A DNA stretch of 64,000 nt from positions 32,001 to 96,000 of IMG/VR virus record IMGVR_UViG_3300021185_001461, one strand, 5' to 3'. Position numbers and translations under genes: made by a program. Under the pieces are notes generated by a model. The model worked only from the letters and a program-made list of their open reading frames with translations, ran no database searches and had not been told where the DNA came from. Source of the stretch: a virus. Positions 19,335 to 28,195 of the stretch are shown here, one piece after another; positions within the stretch are counted from its first letter, which is position 1, and each line of letters starts with the position of its first letter.

Positions 19335-21962
19335 TTAGACATCAATGTAAGTTGCAATAACTTTCACTGTGACTGAACCCGAAGTTGGTGTGTACTGAAG
19401 TAAAACATCGCTGCCCGACATAGTAACACTTGCATCACCCAATAAATCTGATCCGGTATAAACCATCGCATATTCAGTGATGTATGCATTTGTACCGTCG
19501 TGTACAACCAATGCTTCTCTTGTTTCGTAGTCGCCTGATCCATTATCTACTTGAATGATGTACTTAGCTGAACGGTATGTACCGCCTGCAAAAGTATCAA
19601 TAGTAGTTGAACCTGTTACAGATACATCTGAACCTTGTACATACGCTTTAACGCTTGCACCTAGTTTATCAGCTGTTACTGAAGCCGGTTGTAAGTATGG
19701 AACTGAAGCTACTGCTGGGTTAATTACAACTGCCTGTGTTCCTGATGGAATGTTTGACGTAAATGTAATTGATGAACCAGTAATAGTGTAGTGAGTTGTT
19801 GGATCCTGGATAACACCACCTACAAACACCATAGCATGACTCTGTGAGCCAGTAAAGCCTAGTGAGTAAGTTGCCGTACCCGCACCGTTTAATATTACAC
19901 GTTCTTGTGAACCCCATACAACTGTTGCTGGATCTTTAAGTTCCATAGCAGTTGAGCCAGTGTTAACTTGTAAAACATAACCTGCTTTACTTGTGTAATC
20001 GTTGTCTGTAACATCAGTTAATGTTAAGACTGTTGCTGCTGCATCACCAACGATCCATTTGCTGTTTACGGCATCATATTTCAGAACCTTATCAGCTGCT
20101 GCACCTGTTGTATCAACGTCTGAAAGATCGTCAATTGAAGCTGCTGCAATCTTTGTATCAAACATTGCTTCACCACGTGTTGATGTATAATATAAGTTAC
20201 TTGAACCTTCAGCAATATCATCAGTGTCTAACGCTGAGATTGTGCTGTTGATTGATGTAACTTCACCATCAACATAAGTTTTGTTAGTTGCATCGCCACC
20301 TGCTGCCGGAGCTGCAAGACCTGTAATTGAGTTTGAACCCATTGCGATGTCGCCAGTCATTGTTCCACCAGCTAGTGCTAACTTGCCTGCTAAAGATGTT
20401 GTCATTGTACCTGCGAAGTTGGCGTCATCACCTAGTGCTGCCGCTAATTCGTTCAATGTATCTAAAGCTGCTGGAGCTGAGTCAATAACTGCCTGTACTG
20501 CTGTATCAACATATGTTTCTGTTGCATATGAGTTACTAGAAAGGTAAGAGGCTACACGAGCATCTGTGAAGTATAAGTTACTTGAACCTTCAGATAGGTC
20601 GTCTGTATCAGCCGCCGCCATCTTAGTATCCCAATCTGCATCTTTATATGTTGTTACTGAGAATGCACCCGTAGTTGAGTTATATGATAAATCGCCAGAT
20701 GCACTTAAGGCACCTTTTGCTAAAGCTTCAACTTGTGAGTTAGTTCTTTGTGTGAATGACATAACACCAGTAGATGAGTTATATGATAAATCACCACCTG
20801 CACTTATGGCACCACGTGCTCTTGCATTCGTAAAGTACAGATTTCCTGCACCTTCTGAAATGTCATCTGAGTCAATTGCCGCAATCGCTGCCGCAAAGTC
20901 TGCCGAATCAAAGTGATCTGCAGTTGTAAATGTGTTGTTTGCACCATCCCAAACGATAGTATTACCGCCTGCGATTGATGAGATATCAACGTCTGCTAAG
21001 TCACCAACTGAAGCTGCTGCTATTCTGGCATCTGCTCTTGCGTTAGTGTAGTAAAGGTTACTTGAACCTTCTGACAGACCGTCTGTATCTGCTGCCGCGA
21101 ACTTAGTATCCCAAGCCGAGTTAGCTCTTGCGTCTGTGTAGTAAAGGTTAGTTGAACCTTCAGCTAAATCATCTGAATCAGATGCTGCCAACTGTGCGTC
21201 GAAACGTGCAGTTGTAAAGAAAAGGTTAGTTGAACCTTCAGCTAAGTCATCAGTGTCATGGTTAGCAATTGATGAAACTGTACCAGTTACATTACCAACT
21301 ACGTTACCAATTAATGAAGCTGCCGCAATATTTTCGCCGTCTGTTGACCAACGATCGTTTGTTTCGTCCCAGATAAACGACTTGTCGCCATCTGATCCAC
21401 GTACAACTTTAAGTCCAGCATCTACTGTACCTGATGTTGCGTCTTTGTTTAGTTCTAGAATGTTATCACCAATCTGAACTGTTGTTGAGTCAACTGATGT
21501 AGTTGTACCCTGAACTGTTAAGTTACCACCAACAATCATGTTGCCTGAAGCCGTTACTGTTGCTGCTGTAATGTCGTCTGTTGATAAAGTACCATCAACA
21601 GAAACGTTATTGAACGTTACGTTTGCTGTTGTGGCAACGTCCTGTCCAATAGAAATAGCACCAGATGATACTGTAACACCTGTTCCACCAGTAATATAAC
21701 CGTCTACTGCTGACTCAACACGTGCGTCAGTGTAGTATAAGTTACTTGAACCTTCTGAAATATCGTCAGTATCAAAGTTACCAATAAAGTTAGCAGAAGT
21801 GATCTTTTTCAAGGCACTGTTTGCTGAATCGTGAACTAGTAATTCGTCTGCACCGATAAGCGATGTAACCGCAGAGTGGCCTGAAACTGCTGTAACGTCT
21901 AGCTTGGCTGTGATAACTGCCTGATCTGCTAGAGCAGGAGTTTTAATTTGTCTAAAAGCCAT
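19335..21962 (-). CDS. Long repeat-rich tail fibre/virion structural protein
   Basis: Seven EGxxNL(Y/F)(Y/F)T repeats, LDTLNELAAALGDD motif, C-terminal YRSAKYIIQV domain; ATG at 21962 follows GGAG. Confidence 0.8.
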   Translation of the reverse strand: MAFRQIKTPALADQAVITAKLDVTAVSGHSAVTSLIGADELLVHDSANSALKKITSANFIGNFDTDDISEGSSNLYYTDARVESAVDGYITGGTGVTVSSGAISIGQDVATTANVTFNNVSVDGTLSTDDITAATVTASGNMIVGGNLTVQGTTTSVDSTTVQIGDNILELNKDATSGTVDAGLKVVRGSDGDKSFIWDETNDRWSTDGENIAAASLIGNVVGNVTGTVSSIANHDTDDLAEGSTNLFFTTARFDAQLAASDSDDLAEGSTNLYYTDARANSAWDTKFAAADTDGLSEGSSNLYYTNARADARIAAASVGDLADVDISSIAGGNTIVWDGANNTFTTADHFDSADFAAAIAAIDSDDISEGAGNLYFTNARARGAISAGGDLSYNSSTGVMSFTQRTNSQVEALAKGALSASGDLSYNSTTGAFSVTTYKDADWDTKMAAADTDDLSEGSSNLYFTDARVASYLSSNSYATETYVDTAVQAVIDSAPAALDTLNELAAALGDDANFAGTMTTSLAGKLALAGGTMTGDIAMGSNSITGLAAPAAGGDATNKTYVDGEVTSINSTISALDTDDIAEGSSNLYYTSTRGEAMFDTKIAAASIDDLSDVDTTGAAADKVLKYDAVNSKWIVGDAAATVLTLTDVTDNDYTSKAGYVLQVNTGSTAMELKDPATVVWGSQERVILNGAGTATYSLGFTGSQSHAMVFVGGVIQDPTTHYTITGSSITFTSNIPSGTQAVVINPAVASVPYLQPASVTADKLGASVKAYVQGSDVSVTGSTTIDTFAGGTYRSAKYIIQVDNGSGDYETREALVVHDGTNAYITEYAMVYTGSDLLGDASVTMSGSDVLLQYTPTSGSVTVKVIATYIDV

Positions 21963-22135
21963 ATAGATTTCTCCAATCAAATATATTTGATTTCCCTATA
22001 ATCTTTATAAGGAAAGGTCAACTGCGGTATATGAACTCCGCAATTAACACACAGGTAAGTACCCGTGCAATGTATTTAGCTTTATCTGACTGGAATTAAG
22101 TTATTTGTGAACTCTGATTTTAAAAAAATATTTCC

Positions 22136-23650
22136 TTAAATTGGGAAATATCTAAAGTCAACTGTTGAACTAGTTGACGGAGCAGTTGTAAATGTTAAAG
22201 TTGTACCACTAATACTATATTCAGTTGGTTGCAAAATTAATCCATCTACTATGGCTAATACGCTATCAACTGTGTGTCCAGTTGGAATAGTATATTGCGT
22301 TGTAGTATTGTCTCCTGTATACTGGTTACTAGTATATATCAAATCTAAGTGTTGGTTTTCTACAGAGTTATTCACTAAACTTACATTTGTTGCATTTGGA
22401 TATCTATACTTAACATAAATCTCATCATTATTAGCAGGAGTCTCATTGAATGATAATGTTGTTCCACTTAACGAGTATATACTAGGACGTTGCAAAACAT
22501 CATTTACATAAACGTCTATAGATTCTTCATCTGCTGGCGAGTCTGTTAATGTGTAATCAACTGTTGATCCATCTCCTGTAAATTCTTGAGAAGCAGGAAT
22601 TGAATTAGATGTAATACTATTATCTGTAAACGAGAAATTACCATTACCATCTGTTTGTAATACTTGACCAACTGTACCATCACTTATACCAAGGTCTAAT
22701 AAATCACTAATATCACTAGCAATTGTTATTCCTTTGGAACCAGTAGTAGTAACTGGAGTAAGTGTAATATTATTACCAGCACGTATATCAATTTCGTCAA
22801 CTGCACTTGCAACAATATCAGTTGGTGTTGTATCACTAACTGTATCGTAAACATGCCACGTTTTAAACGTTGACTCAAGTGTAATTGTAACTGTACCATC
22901 ACTGTTGTCTGTTAATGCAAAACCACCATCGACATCAAATTTTAGTCCTGTTACATCTGATACACTTACGTTTGATGTTGGATCATTTATTTCTTCAACT
23001 GATAATGACGGTAGATTATTTACAATTTCTGTAAACGAGTCTAATGCTGCTGGATCTGTGTTTGATATTATATTAGCTACATCTGTTTGTAATGCAGTAA
23101 TGTCAGCGGATACACTCGATGATGCAGTACCTTTAGTTCCAGAATATGTTGCACCAGATATATAAACACTCTTACCTGAGAAGTTTACACCATCCGGTAA
23201 GTTTGTGCCAATAAAGTTTAATACACCTGACTGATAATCAAAGAACCATTCGTCATTGTTACCACTACCAGTTGTAAAAACTTTGTTAGATAATGACTCA
23301 GCACCTGCGGCATCACCGCTGGTATGAATATAAACATTTACAAGATATGTTGCACCAAATTCAGTTGGAATCCAATCTGTTACTCCTGTTTTCCAAGTTC
23401 TATTAGTACTTGCAGTAATATCAGCAGTTGCTTCAACAGCCGTTTGTATTGTTACTGGGCTTGTTGTAGTACTGGGCTTAACTGAAGGAATACTACCAGA
23501 TTCTGCCCAAATTGTATCACCACGTATTAATAACGGACTTGGTAAACTTTCGTTGGCAGCAAGTTTGTTAGAATTAGTATCAGTTTTGGTTGCACCAAAA
23601 CCAACTTTCTTAAATAGATAGTCTAACTTTTGATTATCGGAAATTGCCAT
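22136..23650 (-). CDS. Virion structural protein (fibre/baseplate-associated)
   Basis: Thr/Ser-rich; C-terminal repeats FTGDGSTVDYTL..VYVNDVLQRP..YSLSGTTLSF. Confidence 0.7.
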   Translation of the reverse strand: MAISDNQKLDYLFKKVGFGATKTDTNSNKLAANESLPSPLLIRGDTIWAESGSIPSVKPSTTTSPVTIQTAVEATADITASTNRTWKTGVTDWIPTEFGATYLVNVYIHTSGDAAGAESLSNKVFTTGSGNNDEWFFDYQSGVLNFIGTNLPDGVNFSGKSVYISGATYSGTKGTASSSVSADITALQTDVANIISNTDPAALDSFTEIVNNLPSLSVEEINDPTSNVSVSDVTGLKFDVDGGFALTDNSDGTVTITLESTFKTWHVYDTVSDTTPTDIVASAVDEIDIRAGNNITLTPVTTTGSKGITIASDISDLLDLGISDGTVGQVLQTDGNGNFSFTDNSITSNSIPASQEFTGDGSTVDYTLTDSPADEESIDVYVNDVLQRPSIYSLSGTTLSFNETPANNDEIYVKYRYPNATNVSLVNNSVENQHLDLIYTSNQYTGDNTTTQYTIPTGHTVDSVLAIVDGLILQPTEYSISGTTLTFTTAPSTSSTVDFRYFPI

Positions 23651-26600
23651 TAACTAGTCTCCCCGATAGATATGCTTGTAATTTGCTTACCGCTTGCTAG
23701 TGCTACTCTAACTAACACAACATTGTTTGTTGCATTACTCATATTTTCACTACCTAGTGTCATTGTATAACTTGAATTAATACTTGAACCTGTTGGTACT
23801 GTGTCTGAACCTGTTAACGCACAACCATCACTTCCGTTACCTCCGTTTCCAGTATCACTACCTGGAACACCTGCACCAGCATATTGACTTGTACAGTCTA
23901 GCCAGCCATTTAATCCACTTGCAGTATCAACACCAGTACCTGGTGCTGCAATCCATAGTCCTGCAATACCCGTACTGTTTATACTGATATTAAAGTTAGC
24001 AACAACTTGTCTTCGGAAAGCAAAAGTAAAATACTGTGTTCCAGTATCTGAGCTTCTATCAGGACCTACTGGTAGATAGCCTGTACTATAATCAGTAGTA
24101 TCATGTTTTAGTACACCCCAACGTACAGTTGCTTCTTGTGTTCCACTTACACTAATTGCACCAGTGAATGGTGTAGAAATATAATTAGTAGAACTTGATA
24201 TTGCTGGAGTATCTGTAGTAGAAGATATAAAGTCAGCAACACGAATTCCGTCATCAGTAATTACACCGTTACCTAATCCACTTGCTACAGGTATATCGTC
24301 CTCTAAAACACCCGTAGGATTAGCAGTATGCACCTGTACAGCGGTGTTTGTTAGTTCTGCATAGTTTGAGCTACCATTTACATTATTCGCTTTAAATTTA
24401 AGCGTTTCGACTGCTTTAACACTACTTGTAGTAATGTTAATTGTTTGGTCTGCTAATGCATATGACGAACCAAATCCAGTATTAGCATTTGGTATACCTG
24501 ATGTTAAATAAGAAACTGCTTCTAGGTCTGCATATCCTTTATACTGTGTACTAATAGTAGCACCGCTTGTGCTTTCTGAATTATTACCGTTAGCAATTTC
24601 AAATACATTGTTTGTATCTCTATATGCTTGTCCAATCCAGTTAGAAAGTGATGCACCACTTAGTGTGAGTTGTGGGTTTCCTGTGTTGTAGTATGGAATT
24701 CCAGATATATATCTGTAACTACCTGCGGTGCTTTCTGTCAAAGTAGCACTTGCTAAGTCAATAGTAGGAACGCTAGTTAAGTCATCACAAATAACTGTCA
24801 CGTAGTTAGTATTGCCTGTTGCATTGTGCTCTATTCTTTGATCGTTAACACCTGTTGAATATTCAGCAAATGGTTTAGTAATTTTTGCATCGAATGTTTG
24901 ATAAAAACCTGTAGGATAAGTTGAAGAACTTATACTATCATTTGCATCTCTTTGATCACTAATTACCAAGCTGTCAAAAGTACCGTTTTCATTTAAGGAA
25001 GTAGTAAACGCTTTTGAACCATCTGCTGAACCGTTAACGATTGCAGTTGCAGTACCACTTAAACCATTATATACATTTTGTGCAATGCTGGTGTCAATAG
25101 TACCGTTAGTATATCGTCTTTCGGTATTTGTTTTTAAACTTGCTCCAGCCGAGACTGGTGATGTTGCACTATTATCAGTAAAGTTATTGGCTAGTTTAGG
25201 ATCAATACCCTGTGCGGAATCAGTAAGTGTAATTGTTTTTGTACTTAATCCGCCTGGTGCGTTTGGCACTGCATTAACTTGAAAAGTTAAGCTGGCCGAA
25301 TCTGTTTGAGCTGTTATATCTGGAGTACCTGTTGCAGTAAAATCTAATTGATAGTTACCAGGTGTTACTCCTGTAAAATCATGTTGGACACTGTTTAGTC
25401 CTGCTTCATTGTCATTAGCACTGCCATCGTTCCAATCGTATTCATGATTGTCACCATTTTCACTTGTGTTGTTTACAGTAACTAATGCTCTGTTTACGCC
25501 GTTATAATCTACGCCATCATAAACATCATATATGTTATCGCCGTTACGGTCTGAAACTGTATCAGCACTACCTGAGATGTTAGCTCTAACATCTGGTTCT
25601 ACATGAATTACAAAGTCTGTACTTTCAAAAGGACTGCTAGTGTGATTACTTACAACTTGTAAGTTACCTGTATAATCTGCTGGCGTACTATTATTTGAAA
25701 GTGTGTACTTGTGTGTTATTGTTCTTCCGGTATCACCGCTTTGATTACTTCCTGCGTTTACTGTTGTAATTGTTCCATCACCAAAATCCCATCTATAAGT
25801 TGTTCCATATGTACTGTAACTTCCTATAGTATTTTCAGTGTTGTTAGTAAATGTTACTGTTAATCCTGCATTTGATTCTTCATTAATACCTGTTGTAATA
25901 TTTGAAGTAGTATCAGGTGTATGGTCATCATATATTTTATACGAAGCATCATCATCAAGTGGGAGTATTGATGGCGTAGCTGTGCTATGACTGTCTAATG
26001 TTAGTGTAACGGTTCTTTGTACTTCTGCTTCTGTACTAAGAGCAAACGTGTGAGACAATCGTCCTCCGCCTACACCGCCTGCTACACTATCGCTATTAAT
26101 AACATCATCTGCGGAACCATCACCCCAATCCCATGTGTATTGAATTACTGCTCCTGATGTGTTAGTTGTTGTATTTTCGAAATAGACAGTATCGCCATCA
26201 TCCCAATATGTAATTGCGTTGCCACCAGTTGGTGCATCGTATACTACAAATGAAACTGCTGGATCGCCTGTAAAAATTGTTATATAATCTTCTCTTATTT
26301 TAGTAGAAGTTGAACCTGTTCCAGATCCATTATTATTAAAAGCCGTTACTGTTACATCAAACGGGCTTCCTGTGTTAGTTGAATAGGTATGAGTTGGAGT
26401 TGAATCTGTTGTTGCAGTTGTTGAGGAACCATCGCCCCAATTAATAGTATATCTGTTTGGATTTCCGTCAGCAGTAATAGTAAGAGTAGAAGTTAGACCT
26501 GCGCCGCCTGTAACAATGTTAGCAGTAAAATCAACGCCTTTAACAAATGTATTATTCTGTACGTTTAGAAGTGCTTCGTTAATATCATCAATAGCATCAC

Positions 26601-26868
26601 CTACTGTTGTAGTACTTAACCATCCTTCAATTGCACCGTCTGTCCAACTACTGTCTGAACTTACACCTAATGTTAAATCAATAGCATTACTACCACCACT
26701 ATTTGCTTCTAGGTATGCTTTTGTTACAAGATCTTGTTGATCTACTGGATCAGATGCGTTTTTAACAATCTTCGCTGAAACATCAATATTACTTGTGGAT
26801 CCTGCATCTAATATTAGGTCAGATTCTGATTTAATTTTATCTGCCTGATGATTTATGTTTATAGCCAA
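23650..26868 (-). CDS. PKD-domain virion structural protein
   Basis: Several PKD motifs (YTINWGDG, YTWDWGDG, YRWDFGDG, YDWNDG); TTG start after GAGGA. Confidence 0.8.
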   Translation of the reverse strand: MAININHQADKIKSESDLILDAGSTSNIDVSAKIVKNASDPVDQQDLVTKAYLEANSGGSNAIDLTLGVSSDSSWTDGAIEGWLSTTTVGDAIDDINEALLNVQNNTFVKGVDFTANIVTGGAGLTSTLTITADGNPNRYTINWGDGSSTTATTDSTPTHTYSTNTGSPFDVTVTAFNNNGSGTGSTSTKIREDYITIFTGDPAVSFVVYDAPTGGNAITYWDDGDTVYFENTTTNTSGAVIQYTWDWGDGSADDVINSDSVAGGVGGGRLSHTFALSTEAEVQRTVTLTLDSHSTATPSILPLDDDASYKIYDDHTPDTTSNITTGINEESNAGLTVTFTNNTENTIGSYSTYGTTYRWDFGDGTITTVNAGSNQSGDTGRTITHKYTLSNNSTPADYTGNLQVVSNHTSSPFESTDFVIHVEPDVRANISGSADTVSDRNGDNIYDVYDGVDYNGVNRALVTVNNTSENGDNHEYDWNDGSANDNEAGLNSVQHDFTGVTPGNYQLDFTATGTPDITAQTDSASLTFQVNAVPNAPGGLSTKTITLTDSAQGIDPKLANNFTDNSATSPVSAGASLKTNTERRYTNGTIDTSIAQNVYNGLSGTATAIVNGSADGSKAFTTSLNENGTFDSLVISDQRDANDSISSSTYPTGFYQTFDAKITKPFAEYSTGVNDQRIEHNATGNTNYVTVICDDLTSVPTIDLASATLTESTAGSYRYISGIPYYNTGNPQLTLSGASLSNWIGQAYRDTNNVFEIANGNNSESTSGATISTQYKGYADLEAVSYLTSGIPNANTGFGSSYALADQTINITTSSVKAVETLKFKANNVNGSSNYAELTNTAVQVHTANPTGVLEDDIPVASGLGNGVITDDGIRVADFISSTTDTPAISSSTNYISTPFTGAISVSGTQEATVRWGVLKHDTTDYSTGYLPVGPDRSSDTGTQYFTFAFRRQVVANFNISINSTGIAGLWIAAPGTGVDTASGLNGWLDCTSQYAGAGVPGSDTGNGGNGSDGCALTGSDTVPTGSSINSSYTMTLGSENMSNATNNVVLVRVALASGKQITSISIGETS

Positions 26869-26939
26869 CTTCTTCTATTCCTCACAATTTCGCTTCGCTC
26901 TTGCGTTTTTGTATTTATTTTGTTTTTTCTAGCTTTGCT

Positions 26940-27539
26940 TTATGCTATGCTAGAACCATAAACAGAAAGAATAGACCAACCAGAACTTGTATAAATTAAA
27001 TCTATACTTTGTCCTGCTGTTGTAAAAGATATTGTATTAAAACCATTTGCAGTATCCGGTGTTACAACTACTGTACCACTTGGTGCTGATATAACAACTA
27101 TTGTTTTTCTTTCACCTACTTCTCCATTTGCTAAACTTAATGCCAAATCAGTACTTACATCTATATACAACATTCCTGTTGTGCTAGAAGATGCTGAGTT
27201 TGTTACTGATTGCGGTATTGTTACTGCTTTTTGAGAATAAGATGTATTCCAAGGTTTTATAGTGCTACCTATGTTATATATGATCCCAGAGGCTGTGTTT
27301 GGAATAACATGGCTGCTTATATTGGCATTTATTGCCAATGAGCCTCCTCCATTGCCTAGTGATATAACATCTCCGTTTACTAAAAGAGTTCCACCTACAT
27401 ACATATTTCCTGATGTATAATGGCCTCCTTTAATATGAAGTGCTGCACCTACTGGATCAACAGGAGATACGCTAACGTCTAATGCATTAGTGCTTTCAAT
27501 TACTAGTGTTCCAGAATCTGGGTTAATGTGTGATGACAT
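26940..27539 (-). CDS. Hypothetical structural protein
   Basis: Beta-rich 199-aa ORF; late box at 27575-27583. Confidence 0.65.
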   Translation of the reverse strand: MSSHINPDSGTLVIESTNALDVSVSPVDPVGAALHIKGGHYTSGNMYVGGTLLVNGDVISLGNGGGSLAINANISSHVIPNTASGIIYNIGSTIKPWNTSYSQKAVTIPQSVTNSASSSTTGMLYIDVSTDLALSLANGEVGERKTIVVISAPSGTVVVTPDTANGFNTISFTTAGQSIDLIYTSSGWSILSVYGSSIA

Positions 27540-27611
27540 AATACTTTTTCCTACTACTTCCTATTATTATATATGTATTTATCAAAGACAGAGAGTTTTT
27601 GCTGCTCAAAG

Positions 27612-27636
27612 AAAAAGACGCTCTAAAGCGCCTTTT
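27612..27636 (-). terminator. Intrinsic terminator closing the candidate ncRNA unit
   Basis: aaaaggcgct-ttag-agcgtctttt then U-rich on the minus strand. Confidence 0.75.
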
Positions 27637-27642
27637 AAAAAA

Positions 27643-27856
27643 TAAGCAAAATAGGTAGGACTCGGTTATACCTACAAGCACGTACACAGAATACCATTCT
27701 ATCACGCACAACCTAGTTCCGCTCGGTAGAGCAATGTGATCCTTAGTCTCTCAACCTCGAACCTGGGTACCACCCCTAACTAGTCAAGTTCGACCCTTCT
27801 GGTAAAGGCCTCTTCCTTGCACTATAAACAAAAGTTAATTATTCTCTTGTTGCTAT
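27643..27856 (-). ncRNA. Candidate structured non-coding RNA (about 210 nt)
   Basis: No credible ORF, GC-enriched, several stems with G-U pairs on the minus strand, bracketed by a sigma70 promoter and a terminator. Confidence 0.6.
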
Positions 27857-27862
27857 GTACTT

Positions 27863-27891
27863 AATATACAACGTTTTTGCATAAAGGTCAA
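27863..27891 (-). promoter_or_regulatory. Sigma70-type promoter
   Basis: TTGACC-17-TATATT with an A-tract upstream; no ORF between it and the terminator. Confidence 0.8.
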
Positions 27892-27909
27892 CCTTTTTTT
27901 TAAAAAAAA

Positions 27910-28062
27910 TTAAATTTTTTGTAATCTAGGGTCTGATGCAAGAATATTCTTGTCAGCACGTGGTCTTGACAATGGTCTTTGCAGTTGTTTTTTGTGAATT
28001 GCTTTGTGTGATCGTTTAGTACGCTCTTTTTTACGAGCTATTTCGAAGTCTCTATGATTCAT
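27910..28062 (-). CDS. 50-aa basic peptide downstream of riboswitch-like motif (not in ORF track)
   Basis: AAGGA RBS; MNHRDFEIARKKERTKRSHKAIHKKQLQRPLSRPRADKNILASDPRLQKI. Confidence 0.75.
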   Translation of the reverse strand: MNHRDFEIARKKERTKRSHKAIHKKQLQRPLSRPRADKNILASDPRLQKI

Positions 28063-28085
28063 AACACTCTTCCTTTTAAAGTTAA

Positions 28086-28132
28086 GTGCGTTCCTTCGCT
28101 AGTGCTACTTCCGTCCTAATTTAGGATGAACG
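28086..28132 (-). ncRNA. Glutamine riboswitch-like element (glnA / Downstream-peptide family)
   Basis: CGUUCAUCCUAAAUUAGGACGGAAGUAGCACUAGCGAAGGAACGCAC: P1 CGUUC/GAACG, P2 UCCUA/UAGGA, GGAAGUA E-loop strand, short P3, GAAG. Confidence 0.75.
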
Positions 28133-28135
28133 TGA

Positions 28136-28168
28136 GAAAAAAATAGGCCCAATAAAGGGCCTATTTTC
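28136..28168 (-). terminator. Intrinsic terminator of major capsid gene
   Basis: aaaataggccc-tttatt-gggcctatttt plus U-run. Confidence 0.88.
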
Positions 28169-28195
28169 ATATTGAATATGTATTCTAGTAAAATA

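Noticed and set aside
15286-21962. CRISPR array or diversity-generating retroelement suggested by recurring repeats
   Set aside because: The repeats are in-frame peptide motifs with irregular spacing and mostly synonymous variation. There is no reverse transcriptase, cas gene or adenine-specific TR/VR pair in the window.
27700-27810. tRNA suggested by gctcggtagagca and gttcga-like segments
   Set aside because: Spacing and pairing do not give a cloverleaf with acceptor stem and anticodon arm; kept only as an unknown ncRNA.
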